From: Octopus vulgaris
Taxonomy: Eukaryota
NCBI GenBank assembly: GCA_951406725.2
Contig: OX597821.1
Coordinates: 26,536,001 to 26,600,000, forward strand
Direction of reading: 5' to 3'
Length of the DNA stretch: 64,000 nt
This document shows, in pieces, positions 12,721 through 24,935 of the stretch (positions are counted from its first letter, which is position 1; each line of letters begins with the position of its first letter). The translations under genes and the position numbers were made by a program. The notes beneath the pieces were generated by a model. The model was not told the origin of the DNA. It searched no databases and worked only from the letters and a program-made list of their open reading frames with translations.

Positions 12721-13003
12721 GAGCTACAGACATACATATATACAGACACACACATGTGTGTATATTCAGTTGATTGCAAAGAGGGTCGAAGTGTACTGTG
12801 GTGGTGGTGAATTCATGATTTACTACCTTGGCCATATATACCAAACGGGGCCAATCACATGATAAAAATCGCTGAGATTTCTCTTGGTAGATTAGACTAT
12901 TATTTGCACTTTCTTAATATGATATAGAAATGTAAAAAACTACTATATTATGCAACTATGTACTTAGGAGCATATATGTTAAATATGTCACTTTTCTTTG
13001 CAG

Positions 13004-14471
13004 GAAAGAGATGTACGATGGAGCTGTGAAGTTCGCAAAGGCTTTGATGAAACTAGGCATCGAAAAAGGAGACAAGATTGCATTTTGTGTTCCTAACTGT
13101 GTAGAATGGATGAGCTACGATATTGGAATCATGATGACTGGAGCATATTCTATGCGATTAATGTTTGGATTAGCAGATATGAAATCTATTATAAAAGGAT
13201 GTAGTGCTGTTGTATTTGGATCCAGATCTACTTGGGACAGTTTCTTATCCATTGCACAAATAAGCGATAATGGAAAAGTATCTTGCGAAGCGTGTCCAGA
13301 TTTGAGATTTGCCATTGATGTATCCAATACACATGGGCCAGCCAATGCTTTATCTGCTGCTAAATTGATGGCAGAAGTAAGCGACGATGTCGCAGTTGAG
13401 TTTCCTTACATTGACCCAGAAGATATTGCATCCATCAATCAGACTTCCGGAAGCACTGGTGTGCCTAAATGTATTTGTCACAGCCATTTTAATTACTTAA
13501 ACTTGCCAGATTCAGATTTTAAGGAGACTTCTTATTTTACTTCATTTAATAGTCGTCCAATGGGATATATTGGAGGATATCCTTTGTCTGTGCTAACCAG
13601 AGGATCAGTGCATGTCGGTGGAGACGTAGAAATGTTGAATGATCCGAAGAACCTCGATTTTGTTATAAAGATATGGCAGAGTGAAGAATGCAACTTAGTT
13701 GGTATTTCGCCACAGGATTTGAAACGACTTAGCGATCGCGAATTCCGAGTTAATATGGTAATATCAGGTGGAGATGTGATTACCCGAGATGAAATAGAAC
13801 ATACGTTTAAAATTGCAGATAGTTTCTTAGTTGCTTATGGAAGTACTGAAGCTTTCCTCATATCTCTTCGAATTTTTACCCCAGAAAATATTTCAGAACA
13901 TCGACAAGGAATGCTCGGGCGACCACCTGCAGGAACAGAAATCAAAATTGTTGACGAGGAGAAGAGAGTTGTGGATATTGGAAAGACAGGCTATTTGTAT
14001 TTTCGAAGTAAATGGGTAACAAAAACGCATCTGGATGGTACTTCATGCTTAGAAAATGGTTGGTATCCAACATCAGATATTTGTTACTTAACTGAAGATG
14101 GTGACCTCATAATGGTTGGAAGAAGCACAGATTTTATTAAGAAGTGTACAGTAAAGCTATCTATTAAACAAATTGAAGATTACATCGGACGTCATCCGAG
14201 TGTAGATGCTGTGGTTGTTGTGCCAATCCCTGACCAGGCGGTAGGAGAACGTGTATGCGCGTGCGTTACCGTTCGGCCAAATCACGAGTTCAATGAAGAA
14301 GAATTGAAAAAGTTTTGTACGGATTCAATGCCGGATCCAGATAACTTTGATTGTGTATCTATGCATCCTGATTACATTTTATATTTTCCCTCATTTCCAC
14401 TTTTGGCTAGTGGCAAAATTGACAAAAAGGCTATAGCAAGTTTGGCCCTTAAGAAAATAAAAAAAATGTAG
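13004..14471 (+). CDS. AMP-forming acyl-CoA synthetase (ANL superfamily, ACSF2/FadD-like), paralog 1, large terminal coding exon
   Basis: Intact 486-aa ORF with P-loop TSGSTGVPK, YGSTE, TSD, GRSTDFIK and SGKIDK. Splice acceptor cttttctttgcag ends at 13003, same phase as paralog 2. AATAAA at 14499. First exon not found in the window. Confidence 0.9.
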
Positions 14472-14498
14472 TAATAATTAAATTAAATTACCAAGATT

Positions 14499-14504
14499 AA
14501 TAAA
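14499..14504 (+). promoter_or_regulatory. Putative polyadenylation signal of paralog 1
   Basis: AATAAA shortly after the stop codon, followed by GT/T-rich sequence. Confidence 0.45.
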
Positions 14505-14651
14505 CGTGTATTTTGGTTACTTATGTCTTACTTGTATATCATTAGGTTTTCCTTCTAAATACTAAATAATGGTGACATGCATCGTTAAATATATACATTG
14601 TGATACAGTTTAGTATCCAGACACACACGCACTCACACGCATATATGTATA

Positions 14652-15356
14652 TCAGGTCTTCCTATAAGTTCTGTCCGAATTTTGAATAAAGAAAACAAGT
14701 GATCAAAGGTTATACTTAATTGAAATTTAATCATCAATGTACTTTTCCTGATTATCTATGACTTCCTTCCATTTATTTACAAGCTTTTTAATCCCATCAA
14801 TGTAAAACTCTTTTGGTTTCAAAGCGAAGAACTCTGAAATGTCAGTTTCGACCTCCTCCTGGCTTGCGAAAGTTATCTCCCCCAAATGATTCTGTAACCT
14901 ACGAAACAAATGGTTGTTTGAAAGAGCAAGGTCGGGAGAATAAGGTGGATAAAGAATTTTTTCCCAACCAAGCTCTTCGATCTTCTCTGATGTGATCTTT
15001 TCAATGTGGGGTCACGCATTGTTTTGATTCACTAAAGCGGGTCTTTTTGTCTTCAAAGCTTGTTTCAAACGCTCTAATTGCTGACATTAGACTTGAGCAT
15101 TGATTGCTGCATTTGGTGGTAACAATTCAAAGTGAATTACTCCTTTGCAATCCCATCAGATAGAGAGCAGAGCTTTTTTTTCCATGAAGTTTCTCCTCAG
15201 TTGTGTTTGAGCCCTTTGCCTTTTACCAATGCAGCAACAATGGTTTCATGCTCAATCTTAGTAATTTGTAGCAGATTCAATAACACAAACATTACAGCTA
15301 CTTTTATAATACAATATGTGAACGAGATGTCGGGCAAAATACTGTATTGGAACTAA
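14652..15356 (-). mobile_element. Internally deleted mariner
   Basis: PYSPDLA..HLFRRLQNHL..EFYIDGIKKLVNKWKEVIDNQEKYIDD, with degenerate TIRs at both ends. Confidence 0.85.
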
Positions 15357-15659
15357 TGTTTCAAAGGCAATGGATAAATTCGTCGAGTAAAGGGAGATCA
15401 TTATTAGCTGATTATCTTAATGGTTATTTCCCTTGTGTTGTATGCGTTACAAAAAACTTAGCTAAGCAAATGATTTTGTGTACATGCCAGACATTAGGAA
15501 GATACCATACCGCCGTTGCGCCGATTAACAATAATTTATTGCATTTTTTTCGACCATTTTTACCTATAGATCCCTTTGATTCCTGTTTTAATCAGATGGC
15601 CCTTCCTAGCCATTCGATGTTAAAAAAAACCTATTATATTTTTAGAATTAAATATTTAT

Positions 15660-16070
15660 TTCTTTATTACCCTCAAGGGGCTAAACATAGAGGGGACAAA
15701 CGAGGACAGACAAAGGGAATAAGTCGATTACATCGTCCCCAATGCGTGACTGGTACTTATTTAATCGATCTCGATGGATGATGGGCAAAATCGACCTCGG
15801 CGGAATTTGAACTCAGAACCTAAAGGCAGACGATTCTAGGAATTGAATCAAGGCGGCGAGCTGGCAGAATCGTTAGCACGCTTCATGATATGCTTAGCGG
15901 CATTTCATCCGTCACTACATTCTGAGTTCAAATTCCACCGAGGTCGACTTTGTCTTTCATTCTTTCTGGGTCGAAAAAATAAGTACCAGTTACGCGCTGG
16001 GGTCGATATAATCGGCTATCCCCCTCCTCCAAATTTCAAGCCTTATGCCCATAGTAAAAAGGGTTATTAG
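15660..16070. mobile_element. Two divergently oriented SINEs (family 1; 15660-15835 minus, 15850-16070 plus)
   Basis: GGCGGCGAGCTGGCAGAATCGTTAGCA (A box) ... GAGTTCAAATTCC (B box). Many copies in the window. Confidence 0.8.
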
Positions 16071-16300
16071 GAATTAGACAAAAACAGTTAGTAAAATATT
16101 TTGTGTTATAACCAATTTATTGCGGATAAAGTTTTACAAAATCCTATATGGGCCCCAAGGACCATAGGGAGCCCGGTTGAGAACTACCGGTCTTTTGGTA
16201 TCCTGCCCGAGTATATGAACGAGAGTATGTATATGCACAAATACACAGATACACATACAAATACACAAGTAAACACACACACATTGGCAGCTCTACTGTA

Positions 16301-16489
<189 letters not shown>

Positions 16490-17181
16490 GGAGCAAATAT
16501 TTCACGAGAAAAAATAATACACGAAAAAATAATTTGCGAAGATACCATTGACTCTGTTATAATAATTGGTGTAAGAATTTTAAAATGATAATAAGAGAAT
16601 CAATAATATAGGCGATTGCAGGCCCTGTAGAAAGCATCAAATGGCTGAAGGTTTAAAATTAATCAAAGGACAGACTAAATATGTCTACCTGCTGGAAATA
16701 ACAGTCGAAACTCTTATTTAAATCGCCAAAATACACTGATAGTTACTACATAAATCAACCATCCGAAGGCAAACGGGCTAAGAAAATCTCCCAGCATACA
16801 TTGAAGTATTTGGACTTACGTGGACATACATACATACGTAATACATACATACATACATACATACATAGACACACACAGGCATACACTCACGTATATCTCT
16901 ATATATGTATATATATGTATATAATAATAATATTAGGGAGTAAATCCAAACTTACAGGGAGAAATTAGATTAGGATTAAATCTAATTTTACAGTATAAAT
17001 ATAAATTAAATTAGAGATAAAACCACTATTAGGCAAATCAATTAATAATTGTATAAATTTATAATTTTAATTTTTTAACTTTAAATTTAAACAATTTTAT
17101 ATTAATCAATTCTATTTATATGTTTTGGTTTATGTTTTTCACTGTTTGATTTGCCTAATAGTGGTTTTATCTCTAATTTAA

Positions 17182-17230
<49 letters not shown>

Positions 17231-17235
<5 letters not shown>

Positions 17236-17432
17236 TAATCCAAACAAGAAAGCACAAAAAAACACAATAACGCGAGGACGTGGAACAAATATAGTATTAT
17301 TGGACGCTCAGGAAAGAAGGAAAGAAGGAGGGTTTAACGTTTCGAGCGGAGCTCTTCGTCGGAAACATAGGAGAAGGAAAGATCCAGAGAAGGGAAGATA
17401 GAGGAAAAAATCGCCAACGGTACACACGAGGT

Positions 17433-17436
<4 letters not shown>
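17231..17436 (-). mobile_element. ~205-bp solo-LTR-like repeat in (TA)n with minimal hammerhead variant (17332-17366)
   Basis: Minus strand GTTT-CCGACGA-AGAGCTCCGCTC-GAAA-CGTT-AAAC. Second copy at 23938-24140 (+). Confidence 0.7.
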
Positions 17437-17503
<67 letters not shown>

Positions 17504-17515
17504 CTGTTGTCTGCC

Positions 17516-17550
<35 letters not shown>

Positions 17551-18717
17551 ATGTATGTATGTATGTATGTATGTATGTATGTATGTATGTATGTATGTAT
17601 CTATCTATCTATCTATCTATCTATCGATCTATCTATCTATCTATCTATCTATACGATGGACTCTTCCGTCGTGAAACGATGTATTAATATTCTAGAAATT
17701 CCCCCTTTAAAGATCGAATTGAAATATTTTGCACTTTTTCTCAGGCAATACATTTATACATTTTTTGAAATTATGACGACGCCCGGTACAAACTCAACAA
17801 ACTCAACCCGGTACACCTCGGTAAGTTTGTTGATACTGAGGGTTCTATCAGTGTTTTAGCTGGAAGCCATAATTTCAAATGTGCGTAAATAAATTACAGG
17901 AGAAAAAGCGCAAAACATCACTTCGCCCTTTAAAGCTGCAATTTTTAGACTCAACAATTCCCCTGGTCTGAAGGTTCAGAGTCGATCGCACACAAAATTC
18001 ACAAAAAATAACACAATTTATATAAACAAATGGCAAAACTCACGAGAAGAAAAAATATGTCTGTTCGGTCGAAATTTGATTCTTTATTAGCCACTAGAGC
18101 CGACATGGAGGGACAATACAGATCAGAGAAGAGCAATTAGGGGGTCTACAACGGGGTTGAAATAGCAAGATAAACATTAATGGTATAATGATATAATGAT
18201 GAGACAACAAGATGAAATGTTGAGCGTGGAGACCCCACAAGCCACGACCCAGTACTGCTCTCACGCAGGAGACTACGGTAGTACGTTCAAGTTGGCCACA
18301 TTCATGTTCACCGTTCGCACCACTTACATACATTTAGTCTTGAACACCCCCCAAATCTGAACCTGATACTCCAGAATCTGTCATCAGCATCACAGCAATC
18401 AATACAAAGAACACACAATTAGCAAAATTGAGATACGAAAATCCTCGCATATCACCTTTCAACGCCACCTCCTCACATTCATGAATTCCTAAAGACACCC
18501 AATTAATAAAACTCGATTGTCAATTACACTGGAACAATACAATTAAATATCACTAAACATATTTACCGGAACTTAATTAACAACGTCCCACAAGCCACAA
18601 GAAAGGGGAGGATAAGTCCACACCCCTCTTCAATCTCCAAAACTCAACACAAGATACAACCGAAAGGGAAGATATATCCCCTCCCCATCACCAAGTAAGT
18701 AATTAAATCTACTCATC

Positions 18718-19590
18718 ATGGTTGCATTCAAACCTGGCAGTGTGTATGTGCGTGGCCTGGGATCGTATTGGAAGCAAGCGCGCTTGCTAAACGATCTCAG
18801 GTAATGGGATTTCGATGTCATAGTCACCAGTGAAGCCAGGCTGACTGGGTCACAACCTCTTTCGCCCCTCTCCGATGGTTATGAGATCTACATATCTCCA
18901 AGCCAGCCTAGATGAGGCAGAAATATTGAGGTTTTATTCCGGAGAGGCCTGGAGTTAGAAATCAAGTCAATCTTTGTGGACCAAGAAGGCAAGCTGGTCA
19001 TCCTGGACGCGACACATAGCAATGGCAGCGCCTTCCGACTGGTTGCAGTTTATGCCCCAAACGTCACAGGGCAATCCGACTACTTCATACGCCTAGAACC
19101 TTTCCGTAGGACGTCGCGCACGTTAGTGTTAGTTGGTGACATTAACACAATGATAGTTGCACGTGTGGATTGTGTTGGTTCAGCTCGAAATAGAAAAGGG
19201 AATACTTGCCTCACTAACCTCTCAATCGCTTTCAACTGCCTGACAGGTTTAGAATCGATCACCAGAATGCTCCTATGTGGACATGGACAAACAGCTCCGT
19301 GTCTCTCAGATCCTACTTAGAGTATTATTAGGTTAGCTGAGAAATCTAGCGTTAGTTATCCACATTTTCAGATCGTCAGCTATACGGATCACAAGTTTGT
19401 GATCTGTAAGCTTGACTTAGATAAATTTTGTGGACAGGGCCCCGGTTAGTGGAAGCTAAACTTGTTGCTCCTGGCGTTCAAGCCTACAGTGAACGGATTA
19501 GAGAATTAGTGAAAAGGGCGTTTGCAGGAGCCATCATCGATAAGTACTTGTGGTACGCCCTAAAAAGCGCCATTAAATGTGAGTCACGTT
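18718..19590 (+). mobile_element. Decayed Tx1/L1-clade ORF2 (APE endonuclease)
   Basis: SVYVRGL, EARL, DQEGKLVILD, FRLVAVYAPN, LVGDIN, YTDHKFV, GPG*WKLN. Confidence 0.85.
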
Positions 19591-19689
19591 GATTTGAGCC
19601 ACGTGTGTTTTAAATTATGCTCTGGAATTTGTATTGATTGCTTAGATGTGTTCGTTCTATAATTTCCCTTATTCTCCGATTTGACTCTT

Positions 19690-20770
19690 AAACAAAATAA
19701 GACAACGCCAAGGCTGTGTGGAATTTTCAGAACATTTATAAAGAAAATGTAAGTCTTACAGATGTTTCTGGGATATTAGAGATATCCCTTCATCAGAGAC
19801 GATATGAGATGGTTAACTAGGAGAATGAATGAAGAAATAAAATAAAAATAAAAAATAAAAATGTATAAAATTGTTATAGTTGCAGTTCCAATATCCAAGT
19901 AAAGTTGTGTGTAGAAGTGGTATAAATGCTTCCTGTTTGGGGTATGTAAATTCCACAGATGGTAAGTGTGGAGACGTAGATTCCATGTGCTGTTCATTCA
20001 AAGGGGTCTTGTGGTGTGAATGAAAATTTGAAAATGTAGCGATAGTATTAAGTGGATAGGGAGAGGAGAAGAGATGTGTATATTAAGAAGAGAGGTCAAA
20101 GGAAAAGGTGGGAAAAGAAGGAAGGAAAGAGGAAAAGAAAATGAAAACAAGAAGAGAAAATGAAAAAGTGTAAGGAAGTGAAAACAAAAGTAAAAAAATG
20201 AGAAAAAAAGGCGTTTTGGTGGTCAAGATATTAAGAGGGTGGATGAGAAAGGAGTAGGGGAGGGTAGGGAGAGATAAGAATGTAAGTAATGAATATGTGT
20301 GAGGAGTGTGAGCGGGGTTGATATGTTAGAATGGTATTAAGGGATGGGTACAAAAAAGGTATAGGAGGGGGGACTTTCTAAAGTGAGTAGTAAACCACAA
20401 AACAGAAGGGAAGAATGTGTGTATAGATATGTGTGTGTGTTTGTGTACGTGTGCATTCTACGTTTGTTCCAGGATCTCTTTCTGAATACTTTCTCAAGAA
20501 GCTTTAAGAATATTTAAGTTGGAAAGTGTCGAGTGCTTCTAGTAGACTGTATATCTGCAGTTTTCCTTTGACCACACATCGTTATTAAACGTATAATCTG
20601 AAAAAGTCGTTGTCGCCACCTAACATTACACTGAGTAATACGATATTTGTCCTTGGGTAGCAACTGTTATTTCCTATTTGTTATTTCCTTCCTTCTTTTC
20701 CCACCTTTTCCTTTGACCTCTATTCTTAATATACACATCTCTTCTCCTCTCCCTATCCACTTAATACTAT
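19690..20770 (-). mobile_element. Non-coding PLE-derived element with hammerhead and inverted segment
   Basis: CT-rich minus strand, hammerhead at 19753-19800, and 20042-20128 inverted at 20684-20770. Confidence 0.6.
19753..19800 (-). ncRNA. Minimal type I hammerhead ribozyme motif
   Basis: GTCT-CTGATGA-A-GGGATAT-ctcta-ATATCCC-A-GAAA-CATCTG-TA-AGAC. Confidence 0.75.
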
Positions 20771-21889
20771 AGTTGAACTTTTCTTCAAACTTTGGGCGTT
20801 ATGAGACACAGATTACCATTCTGATTTGTTTTTCTGTGTATACACCGCCGATAGTTGTTGCTGACAAACAACGGCAGTAATTTTATTCAGCTGAATACAC
20901 ATCATTGATTGGTTGAAATCACCGAAATACGACTACTTTAACATGAAATAACTTCGTAAATATAAGTTTTTCTCAAAAATACTAAGAATAAAAGATGTTT
21001 TACGTGACACATTCTACCAGTGTCCGAAGTTTGAAAGTGTTTAGCTACAAAAAATTATTTTTTAAATCTGTTGGTCAAAAGGTAAAGATCCCTTCTAGTA
21101 CGTCTTAGTATATGCAATTATCAAGGTAGGAAGTTAGCAGAATCGTTAGATCGTGGGAGAAATGCTTTGAGGTATTACTGCCGGTTCTCTACGTTGAGTT
21201 CAACTTTCATAGAAGTCTGTTTTACTTTCTATCCCTCTTAAATCAAGAAATGAGAAGCAACGGTCAAGTGCTAGGGCCGAAATATTCAACAGATTTCCTC
21301 TCCTCTCTGCAAAATTGCTGCCCATGTGCCTAAAGCAGAAACAAATATTATAAGCAGGTATTAAGATTTAGATTTCGTTTTCTCTTAAATTTGCAGACAC
21401 TTATTTTTAAAGTGATTGAATATTTTCTCTATAGTCACTTTCTATTCCGTTTTTTTTTTTCATATACCGCGTTCTACAAAACTTTTAATTAGCTTTAAAG
21501 CGTGCCGATAATAAAAAAAATATAAATAATGGGGAAAATAGCACTTTAAAGGTATAAACAGATAACCTTAGCATGCGTCTGAATGTTTTAGTTGACCTTT
21601 TTTGAAATTTGATTCTTGAATTGAAGTCATTAGGTAGCGTGTGTGTTTCTTGTCACGCACGTTGTAAAGGATATAAGTGTTTATGTTGAATAAAATAATT
21701 ATTTATAACGAATGCCTGTATATGTTGGGGTTGTTGTTGATATCATTTTTGTTGTCGATATACAGTCCTAGGTAAAGTCTGATCACGTAAACATTATAAT
21801 TAAGAAGGTTTACAGTCACGACCACCGAGTTTGTTTTTATTTCTTGATATTTAGATACTTTAATTAGAACTATCATTTGTCTTTTGCTT

Positions 21890-22119
21890 ACTCTTTTACT
21901 TATTTCAGTCATTTGACTGTGGTCATGCTGGAGCACCGCCTTCAGTCGAGCAAATCGACCCCAAGGACTTATTCTTTGTAAGCCTAACACTTATTCTACC
22001 GGTCCCTTTTGTCGAACCGCTAAGTTGCAAGGACGTAGACACACCAGCATCGGTTGTCAAGCGATGTTGGGGGGACAAACACAGACACACAAACACACAG
22101 ACACACACAGACACACACA

Positions 22120-22191
<72 letters not shown>

Positions 22192-22290
22192 CATATATAC
22201 GACGGGCTTCTTTCAGTTTCCGTGTACCAAATCCACTCACAAGGCTTTGGTTGGCCCGAAGCTATAGTAGAAGACAGTAGCCGAATGTGC
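21890..22290 (-). mobile_element. SINE (family 2)
   Basis: Reverse complement of the 51009-51418 family, with internal (CA)n/(TA)n. Confidence 0.8.
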
Positions 22291-22625
22291 CACGCATTTT
22301 GTTTGTAAATGAACGTGTACAAACAAGGGGTACTGAGATTGCAGGCACATTCCCCCCACACACTTACTAAAGATAGACACACAGGGATATACGCATGCGC
22401 ATATAAATACACATTCAACGGGAATACAAAGTAAACAGAACATACAGACGGATAGGTACATAGGTTATATGAACAGACAAGCACACATACACACAGATAC
22501 ACAAATGAAGACTGAAACACATGACCATATATATATACACACACTTTACTTAGATGTGTATGCACACACACACACACACACGCACACACACACACACACA
22601 CTGACCAACACACACGCGCACAGAC

Positions 22626-22822
22626 AAAACTATCGAAAAAGTTGCAAGACGCAACGAAAATTTTAGAAATATAAAGAAGGAAATGAGTAGAAATTTTACC
22701 GGTGAGTGTGTTAAATTGTAATGCCCTAAAAGGGAATGACTCTCCCCAGACACAACAGAATATGCTTCAACACACGAACTCGCATAAAGAATCTTGCTAA
22801 CCAAATCCCAAAACGAAATTTT
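22626..22822 (+). repeat. Interspersed ~200-bp repeat (inverted copy at 38305-38505)
   Basis: High-similarity match. The tail ttcaacacacgaactcgcataaagaatcttgc is also shared with ~23300 and ~44171. Confidence 0.75.
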
Positions 22823-23339
22823 AATGGTTATTTCTCTTGTATTGCAAACCTTGCAAATAACTGGCAATTTGATAAGCAAATGATTTTTTGTGTCCATGCC
22901 ATACGTTAGTAAGATACCGCCGATGTTCCGATTCACAGTTTTTTTCGACCACTTTTACCTAAGGGCCCCTTTGATTCCTATTTTAATCAGATGGCCCTTC
23001 CTAGCCAATCGATGTTTAAAAAAACAAAAACCTATTATATTTTTAGAATTAAATATTATTATCGCTGGGCTAGCACACCACCACACACATACCACAACCT
23101 ATGACAGAATAAGATCCCAATAAACTGATATTGATATGAAAATATTACAATACACAGATAAATAAATGGAATTAAATTACTATATACATAAACAAAATAA
23201 ATTAATATAAAATAAAGCTGAAGCATGTTAACACCAAATATATAGTGTGTGTGTTTTCATTGGCTACACTGGCAACATCCCCAAATACAACAATATCTGT
23301 TTCAACACATGAATTCGTATCAAGAATCTTGGAAAATGA

Positions 23340-23429
<90 letters not shown>

Positions 23430-23666
23430 GTGAATGAATTATCTTAGTATGGATAATTCGGTTAACCGATACCTGGGTAGCAAATTCACGTCAGAAAAAA
23501 ACGGTTGAAGCTACATGCCAAGGGCAGAGATCACGTGCTTTCATGTGGAAATTTGCGTGTTTTTTTTAATACAAATAAATGAAAGAATGGAGTAGCGATA
23601 ATGGACTCCGTTTGGGCAGCCATCTAAGAGTTTTTGTTCATCTTGATGCTGACATAAGTTCCTTGT

Positions 23667-23749
23667 TTTTCCTGATGAGAAGGCGGCATAATGCACCCCT
23701 TATTCCTTCGAAATTAGGAATATGCAGCCTTCGAAACATATGTCGAGAA
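23667..23749 (+). ncRNA. Type I hammerhead ribozyme, intact core
   Basis: TTTTC-CTGATGA-GAAGGC..GCCTTC-GAAA-CATATG-TC-GAGAA. Predicted cleavage after C23744. Confidence 0.85.
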
Positions 23750-23816
23750 TAAAGGAATTTTGTTAAATCGTCGTTCAACTCCATTCTTTCATTTATATAT
23801 ATATATATATATATAT

Positions 23817-23901
<85 letters not shown>

Positions 23902-23937
23902 TCTTTCTTCACCATTTCTCCTTCCAGTCTTTCAAAA

Positions 23938-24137
23938 TGTGACCTCGTGTGTACCGTTGGCGATTTTTTTCCTCTGTCTTCCCTTCTCTGGATCTGTCCT
24001 TCTATGTTTCCGTCGAAGAGCTTCGCTCGAAACGTTAAGCCCTCCTTCTTCCCTTCTTTCCTGAGCGTCCAATAATACTATATTTGTTCCACGTCCTCGC
24101 GTTGTTGTGTTTTTTTGTGTTTTCTTGTTTGGATTAA

Positions 24138-24140
<3 letters not shown>
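23938..24140 (+). mobile_element. Second copy of the ~205-bp solo-LTR-like repeat (hammerhead decayed)
   Basis: Reverse complement of 17231-17436, followed by (TA)n. Confidence 0.75.
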
Positions 24141-24192
<52 letters not shown>

Positions 24193-24590
24193 AAATAGAT
24201 AGATATAGATGTGGGAGACTGAAAAGTTCTTGGATTTGAGTAAAAGAAAATACAGGAGGATCAGTTAATTTTGATTCTATTCAACATATTCCCCTCTCAG
24301 ATACATACACTTATGGTAGCAGGCCTTCGGTTTTTCTAAGCCCTGTAAATGAACTGGGAAGGTCTCCAGTCAGGCAAGCTGGTAGAATCACGCCGGGAGA
24401 AATGCTTTGTGGCATTTCGCCCGTCTCTTCGTTTTGAGTTCAAATTTCGCCGAGGTTGACTCTGCCTTTTATCATTTCGGGATCGATGAAATAAGTACCA
24501 GTCGAGCACTAGGGACGATGCAATCTACTTGTGTACTCCCCCATCCAAATTTCAGACCTTGTGCCTTTAGTAGAAAGAGTATACCCCCCC

Positions 24591-24641
<51 letters not shown>

Positions 24642-24867
24642 TTACGGAGATGTACTTGCATAGCGATGCAGCACGAAGTTTTGTCAGTGAACAAGTCGCG
24701 GTCTCAAAGCGCCGAAAATATTTTGACAAATTAAATTTAAATGTTGAAGTGAATCAAACGGTTTTTGTGTGTTTCTTAAATGGCTTATAAACACCTTACA
24801 CGCTGTATGTATATATATATATATATATATATTTGTGTGTATGTATAACTATATCTATGTATATATA

Positions 24868-24935
<68 letters not shown>

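Noticed and set aside
13011-14471. Luciferase, NRPS module or bacterial contaminant; C-terminal KKM as a peroxisomal signal
   Set aside because: Only generic ANL motifs are present, with no carrier or condensation domain. The spliceosomal intron and host repeats argue against contamination. KKM is a weak match and is absent from paralog 2.
15850-16070. tRNA genes (A/B boxes here and at about 33300, 36030 and 51010)
   Set aside because: No complete cloverleaf. Each box pair continues into a multi-copy SINE body.
24680-24730. Further hammerhead-like traces (also about 25025, 27165, 43400, 56590 and 60780)
   Set aside because: Two or more core or helix positions are broken, so they cannot be supported individually.
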